Of a stretch of 64,000 bases of DNA, positions 59,360-64,000 are shown piece after piece; position 1 is the stretch's first letter; every line of letters begins with the position of its first letter. A program made the position numbers and the translations under genes. The notes beneath the pieces were generated by a model, which had not been told where the DNA came from, made no database searches, and saw only the letters and a list, made by a program, of their open reading frames with translations. This DNA is from an uncultured virus (IMG/VR IMGVR_UViG_3300021197_000882) (Duplodnaviria; Heunggongvirae; Uroviricota; Caudoviricetes): IMG/VR virus record IMGVR_UViG_3300021197_000882. One strand, written 5' to 3'.

Positions 59360-59394
59360 AAAAAAATCCGCCACAAATTTTTGGAGAAATTAAT

Positions 59395-59766
59395 ATGACA
59401 TGGGAAGACATATTGAAAAGGATAATTAAAACCCACGAAGACTACAAAATGTATTTTAGTTTCTTTGATGGTGAGGCTTTACCATTTGGTTCAGTTGTTG
59501 AATATACAGGTTCAAGGAAAATACCCTTACCTACAGGTGTCATGAGGAATGAGGGCTACCCAGAAATAGTAAAAGGAAATCGGTATAAAATCGGTGGAGC
59601 AGATTATAGCACACTTATTGGGGATTATGTTTTAATTGCCGAAAATGATAGTGGCTTTGTATCTCTACCAAGAAAAATGATGGTGAGAGAAGGGCGAAAC
59701 TTTAAAGTAATATCTAGGGGTTCAGAAGAACAGCGCAATAATTCAGTTCCTCCGAAAAGTAGGTGA
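59395..59766 (+). CDS. tagged array member 3 (MTWEDILK)
   Basis: GGAG RBS, TAATATGACATGG junction. Confidence 0.8.
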   Translation: MTWEDILKRIIKTHEDYKMYFSFFDGEALPFGSVVEYTGSRKIPLPTGVMRNEGYPEIVKGNRYKIGGADYSTLIGDYVLIAENDSGFVSLPRKMMVREGRNFKVISRGSEEQRNNSVPPKSR

Positions 59767-59771
59767 ATAAT

Positions 59772-60179
59772 ATGACATGGAAAGATATACTAAAAGCACC
59801 GTTTGATGCTAAGAGAAGAAATAGGGCTTTGGATGAAAGAGATAAGGCCGAAAGAGAAGTTGAAGCAACTAGACCTAAAGAGGATTTATCTACCGATATT
59901 TCCACCTTTGCCTCTAAGTATATTGACCCGCAAACTAATGAATTTGGGGCAGATGATAGGGCTTTTGCCACTAGCGGTTTTTCTAGAGGGGTAAGTGAGG
60001 ATGCTTGGAAGCCATTTACTGAACTGGTAAAAAAACATGGTATAGATAAACTAGAAGAAGAATTGGGTAAGTTATACAATACTAAGGTGTTTATTTCACA
60101 TAGAGATGTAGGCACAGACCTTGAGGATTATGTTATTGATATAGGACATGATTATGAAGGGAAATATAAAGGTGAATAA
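59772..60179 (+). CDS. tagged array member 4 (MTWKDILK)
   Basis: AGGTGAATAATATGACATGG junction. Confidence 0.8.
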   Translation: MTWKDILKAPFDAKRRNRALDERDKAEREVEATRPKEDLSTDISTFASKYIDPQTNEFGADDRAFATSGFSRGVSEDAWKPFTELVKKHGIDKLEEELGKLYNTKVFISHRDVGTDLEDYVIDIGHDYEGKYKGE

Positions 60180-60180
60180 T

Positions 60181-60507
60181 ATGACATGGCAAGAAGAGAT
60201 TAGAAAAAACGCATTAGATGGAAGCGATATGGCAGATGATGAATATAGTTACTATTATGGTGATGGTTCGGAAAGTGAAGGTTATAGAAATCCACCTAAA
60301 GGGGCAAAAAGATTAGAACGAGTTAAGTCTGCTTGGGATAAAATAGAAGAAGCATTTGATAAAATACAAAGTGCTTTATCATGGACTCACCCCGATGACT
60401 ACCAATATTTTAGCAGGGAACTTAGGGATTTGAAGAAAGAAATAATGGGACTTAAACAAGAGGCTTTTGACCATCATGGCGGTAAAAAAGATTTTCCAGA
60501 CAATTAA
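60181..60507 (+). CDS. tagged array member 5 (MTWQEEIRK)
   Basis: AGGTGAATAATATGACATGG junction. Confidence 0.8.
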   Translation: MTWQEEIRKNALDGSDMADDEYSYYYGDGSESEGYRNPPKGAKRLERVKSAWDKIEEAFDKIQSALSWTHPDDYQYFSRELRDLKKEIMGLKQEAFDHHGGKKDFPDN

Positions 60508-60519
60508 GGGTTGAGTAAT

Positions 60520-60930
60520 ATGACATGGGAAGATATAGTAAAGAAAGACCCAAAACAAGGGCCAAGAAGAAATATTAAAATGTTAGAGGAATTAAATCAA
60601 AAGGAACTTGATAATATGGAAAATGGCCTCATGCAGATTGCTGACATTTTTAATAAGAATGCTAAATATCTAAAACAATTAGTAGGTAAAGAAGAAGCCC
60701 AAGAGGTAGTAGGAGGAATAGTCGGTGCTTTGAGGGTTTATGCTAATTATCTTAAATATGGTATTGGTGATTCAACAGATAATGTATCGCCAACAGACGG
60801 CCAACGAGCCGGAGACATGCAGGGATATGGCGAATTTGCGAGAAGAAATATGGAAGGCAGAAAGTATCTTGAAAGACGAGCCAAAGAATATACCGATTTA
60901 GCAGATGATTTAATGCAGTCTATTAGGTGA
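60520..60930 (+). CDS. tagged array member 6 (MTWEDIVK)
   Basis: GGGTTGAGTAATATGACATGG junction. Confidence 0.8.
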   Translation: MTWEDIVKKDPKQGPRRNIKMLEELNQKELDNMENGLMQIADIFNKNAKYLKQLVGKEEAQEVVGGIVGALRVYANYLKYGIGDSTDNVSPTDGQRAGDMQGYGEFARRNMEGRKYLERRAKEYTDLADDLMQSIR

Positions 60931-60935
60931 GTAAT

Positions 60936-61304
60936 ATGACATGGAAAGATAATATTAGAAAAAAAATAAGTTTTAAAGATACCTTATCCGACGAAGGCAG
61001 TAGGAATCCAAATGCAGGAAAAGAAAGTTATATGGCTACTAAAGAAATATTAAAAAACCTAATGGAAGAAGTAGATAAAATACCTGAAAGTGTATTACAA
61101 ATATTGACTACTCCTGCAAAAGAACTGATTTATGAAGGATTTTATGGTAGGGAGAAAATAGAGTCTCAATTAGAAAGAAAAATAAGAAACATACTTAAAG
61201 GGACAAGGAAGTATGATTTCATGCAAGATTTGATGCAAAATGAAATATTTGCTTCTGTTTTAGGCGATATGAAATACGATTTAGAATACACAAGAGATGA
61301 ATAA
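60936..61304 (+). CDS. tagged array member 7 (MTWKDNIRK)
   Basis: AGGTGAGTAATATGACATGG junction. Confidence 0.8.
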   Translation: MTWKDNIRKKISFKDTLSDEGSRNPNAGKESYMATKEILKNLMEEVDKIPESVLQILTTPAKELIYEGFYGREKIESQLERKIRNILKGTRKYDFMQDLMQNEIFASVLGDMKYDLEYTRDE

Positions 61305-61305
61305 T

Positions 61306-61638
61306 ATGACATGGCAAGGTATAATAAAAATAAGCACAAAAGATGCAGTAGCAGACGCAAGGCGATTTATGCCCGAAGTAGCAGGAGAAAGGAATAAATT
61401 ATTTTCTAAAAAAAGAGATGTATTATTTGATTATGAAGATTTTGTAAATGAGGAAAGAGAGGGGTTTTTTCAAACTGAGCGTGGAAGAAAATTTAAAGAA
61501 GTTCTTGAAGAGGCATATGACCTACTAGACTATTATGAAAATTCCTATATGGGGGATGAGTCAAAGTTAGAAAATAAACTAAGTGATGATTTTACTCCGT
61601 TTTTAGTGCATTTAAGAGAACTTGCGAAGATAAATTAA
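61306..61638 (+). CDS. tagged array member 8 (MTWQGIIK)
   Basis: GAGATGAATAATATGACATGG junction. Confidence 0.8.
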   Translation: MTWQGIIKISTKDAVADARRFMPEVAGERNKLFSKKRDVLFDYEDFVNEEREGFFQTERGRKFKEVLEEAYDLLDYYENSYMGDESKLENKLSDDFTPFLVHLRELAKIN

Positions 61639-61663
61639 AGAAGGCTAAAGGGAGATAGATAAT

Positions 61664-62518
61664 ATGACATGGCAAGATATTCTTAAACGCCTAAGTTCTT
61701 ATGAAAGAGCAACTGCTGAAGAATTTGCCTTTGAGGAGTTATTTAAAAATAGAAGGAATATTAAAATTCCTAAAAAGAAGAAAGGTGGTGAAATAGACAC
61801 TAGTAGTTTTTATTCAAGACCTGCTCAAAGGGATGAAGCCGCAATTCAAAGAAAAAAGGACATGCCAGTAATGCAAACATCAATGACTGAAACATATGAG
61901 GGCGTGATGGAAAGAGTAGTTCATTCTCCCAAAGGCGGATTAGATAAGGTATTTGAAGAAATAAAGAAAAAGTATATTAAATACAATCAAGATACTAAAG
62001 AACTAGTTGATAAATTGCTGGCCGATTACAAAGAGTTTGGTGACGACAAAGAAAAAATAACAATAATAACAAAGAAACATTTGGAAAAAACTGAGAAAGT
62101 AGGAGATAACTATGTAAAGTCAATAGAGCCTCCTTTAGAAAGGTATTTGAAAATATCCAAAGATATTAGAAACAACATAGGGCTAAAGGGAGGAAACTTA
62201 GGTAATGATGCTCACATTAAAACACTAAAAACAACAGTGTATCGTGAGTTTAAATCCAAATTTGACAGACAGCCTAGAGGTATGAGTCAAGAAGATTATA
62301 AAAGAGTAAAGCCTCTAGTAAATAAAATAAAATTAACAGGGGAGCAAAATGCGAAACTTAAATCTGATTTGGCCGAATTAAAAGATACAATAAAAACCCA
62401 CTTAAATCAAATAAATACTTTTGTTGAATCTAGAAAGGCTCAAACAGAATTAAGTCTTTATGACCCAACAACCAAAAGTGCAGAGGACTTCGGGGCAAAC
62501 CGATATAGCATAGATTAG
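61664..62518 (+). CDS. tagged array member 9 (MTWQDILK), helical
   Basis: GGGAG RBS, TAATATGACATGG junction. Confidence 0.8.
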   Translation: MTWQDILKRLSSYERATAEEFAFEELFKNRRNIKIPKKKKGGEIDTSSFYSRPAQRDEAAIQRKKDMPVMQTSMTETYEGVMERVVHSPKGGLDKVFEEIKKKYIKYNQDTKELVDKLLADYKEFGDDKEKITIITKKHLEKTEKVGDNYVKSIEPPLERYLKISKDIRNNIGLKGGNLGNDAHIKTLKTTVYREFKSKFDRQPRGMSQEDYKRVKPLVNKIKLTGEQNAKLKSDLAELKDTIKTHLNQINTFVESRKAQTELSLYDPTTKSAEDFGANRYSID

Positions 62519-62527
62519 GTGAATAAT

Positions 62528-62935
62528 ATGACATGGCAAGATATACTAAAAGTTAAGAGAACTACTAAGTTGCTAAATGCTAAGAAAGTAAAAGAATATA
62601 TTGATAAAAGGATGGCAAAATATCCCGATTCCCCACCTAGTAATCAAAGTATTGCTAGGGTTTTGAATATGTCTCTTGATGATGTAGAAGAAGCAGTTCA
62701 AGCAATAGAAGAAGCATATGAGGATTTACCTACCAGATTACAGAAGTATTGTGAAATGCACCGTAATGACCCCGAACCTATTCCTATTCCTATGAAAGAA
62801 AAGATGGGTAAGAAGAAACTTGTTGGTGGTCAAAAGAAATTAGATACCGATAACGACGGCGATATTGACGCAAAGGATTTGAAGAGGCTAAGGAAAAAAC
62901 CAAAAAAAAGCAAGGGTAGGGGATTTACAAGATGA
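62528..62935 (+). CDS. tagged array member 10 (MTWQDILK) with HTH-like segment and EF-hand-like loop
   Basis: PSNQSIARVLNMSLDDVEEAV; DTDNDGDIDAKD. Confidence 0.8.
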   Translation: MTWQDILKVKRTTKLLNAKKVKEYIDKRMAKYPDSPPSNQSIARVLNMSLDDVEEAVQAIEEAYEDLPTRLQKYCEMHRNDPEPIPIPMKEKMGKKKLVGGQKKLDTDNDGDIDAKDLKRLRKKPKKSKGRGFTR

Positions 62936-63039
62936 CACGGTGTAATAACTTAGATGCTTGGTTTGATGTTCAGTCAAAGAAGGTTGATGAGGTCGAAAAG
63001 AAAACCAAGAAAGATTTTGTGACAGGTGGTAAGAAATGA
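62932..63039 (+). CDS. 35 aa untagged ORF inside the array (not in ORF track)
   Basis: MTRCNNLDAWFDVQSKKVDEVEKKTKKDFVTGGKK; ATGA overlaps at both ends. Confidence 0.55.
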   Translation: MTRCNNLDAWFDVQSKKVDEVEKKTKKDFVTGGKK

Positions 63040-63307
63040 GTTGGAAAAATATCTTAAAAGAAGACTTGTCTACCGAAGTCGCTTATGCTTTACTTCCTAT
63101 TTATGATAGTATAGATAAGGTGTATGATTCTGAAATTATTGAACATCATCAAGGTAGCGACGGGGTTCTTAACGAAGGAGATGTTGAATCTTTAATATCG
63201 TATTTACTACAAGATATAGAAAAGGAAAGCGACGAAGCCTACGAAAAGATAATGGAATCCGTAGATGAATTAAGAAAGATAACAGGTGGTAAGAAATGAG
63301 TTGGAAA
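63022..63307 (+). repeat. 26-bp perfect direct repeat flanking member 11
   Basis: ACAGGTGGTAAGAAATGAGTTGGAAA at 63022-63047 and 63282-63307. Confidence 0.9.
63036..63299 (+). CDS. tagged array member 11 (MSWKNILK), acidic
   Basis: AGGTGG RBS, shared tag. Confidence 0.8.
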   Translation: MSWKNILKEDLSTEVAYALLPIYDSIDKVYDSEIIEHHQGSDGVLNEGDVESLISYLLQDIEKESDEAYEKIMESVDELRKITGGKK

Positions 63308-64000
63308 TATATATTAAAAGAACGAAATCCGTTTATGAATAGATTGGAAGATTCGTTAAAGAAGTTGGCTAGTGCAGTCGGTAGCAGGGGAATTTATGTA
63401 GATACTGCTAAAAATCTAGTAAGTGAATATATTATGAAATTAGAAGGGACTGACCTTTTATCCGTTCCTCAAATAGAAGAATATATGTTAGAGGCTTTAA
63501 CAACGCCAATTAACTACTTTAGTGAAAAATTAAAAGATGAGAGTTTTAGAGAGGAAATACAAGAAATAGCAGATATCGGTGAATTATCCGTTAAGGAAGA
63601 GGAAGATAATCCGGATATGGAGAAATTCAACCTTTCTCCTAAACAAATAGAATTGGTCAAAAAAATAGGAAATCAAATCTTGGCTCAAGTAATAGAAATG
63701 GCTAGTGATAAGTTGTATGCCATGACTGGTAAACTAGAGCAGGAGATAAGGGATAGAAGAGAAGATTTAACCGAAGAAGATGAAGAGGAAATAGAAAGAA
63801 TATCCGTAAATGAAAGAAAGGTCATAAAAACCATACGAGGACTAATACGAGATAAAAGATATAAGATAAATTATACCTTGAATGTGAGTCAAGATATGAT
63901 TAAACTGGAAGTATTAGAAAGGATGCGATTCGCTAGTAGAATGACATCTAAAGATGACGAACTATATCCAATAGAGACAGATGCTTTTGCTCAACACTTC
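63296..64000 (+). CDS. tagged array member 12 (MSWKYILK), truncated by window end (not in ORF track)
   Basis: frame is open from ATG 63296 to 64000. Confidence 0.8.
   Translation, partial: MSWKYILKERNPFMNRLEDSLKKLASAVGSRGIYVDTAKNLVSEYIMKLEGTDLLSVPQIEEYMLEALTTPINYFSEKLKDESFREEIQEIADIGELSVKEEEDNPDMEKFNLSPKQIELVKKIGNQILAQVIEMASDKLYAMTGKLEQEIRDRREDLTEEDEEEIERISVNERKVIKTIRGLIRDKRYKINYTLNVSQDMIKLEVLERMRFASRMTSKDDELYPIETDAFAQHF

Noticed and set aside
59763..62527. MNN/MSN extensions on array genes in the ORF track
   Set aside because: Those GTG/TTG/ATG codons are part of the GGTGA-type RBS; the conserved MTW ATG at proper spacing is the likely start.
59391..62536. CRISPR array or integron interpretation of the junction repeats
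   Set aside because: Repeats are only 13-20 bp, spaced 340-860 bp apart by whole genes, are not palindromic attC-like sites, and no cas1/cas2 or integrase is present.

Overview
This is a 64 kb, AT-rich segment of a tailed (siphovirus-type) dsDNA virus of archaea. The archaeal assignment rests on TFB, PCNA, RFC, a PriS-PriL primase, an XPF nuclease, GGTGA-type ribosome-binding sites and TATA boxes. Gene content (split PolB with YGHTDS, ligase, chaperonin) best fits a Magrovirus-like virus of Marine Group II/Poseidoniales; this is inference, no search was run. Layout: (1) 1-23.7 kb, + strand virion module with an Arf-like small GTPase locus, head-tail adaptor, tail tube, -1 frameshifted tail chaperone, tape measure, tail tip and fibre (100-N gap); (2) 23.8-54.9 kb, - strand replication/accessory arm with split PolB, MCM-like ATPase, primase, Cas4-like nuclease, PCNA, RFC, RPA, ligase, GroEL/GroES, a ubiquitin-like/E1/JAB set, TFB and UvrD helicase; (3) 55-58.6 kb, a divergence region with repeats, paralogous genes whose 5' and 3' UTRs base-pair around the ORF, and structured RNAs; (4) 58.8-64 kb, an array of at least 12 otherwise unrelated genes that all start with M-[TS]-W-x-[DEGNY]-[IEN]-[ILV]-(R)K and share a DNA junction sequence. 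The strongest candidates for undescribed systems are the N-terminal-tagged gene array, the UTR-clamped ORF cassettes, the viral ubiquitin-like conjugation set and the GTPase-membrane locus. All calls are from reading motifs by eye.
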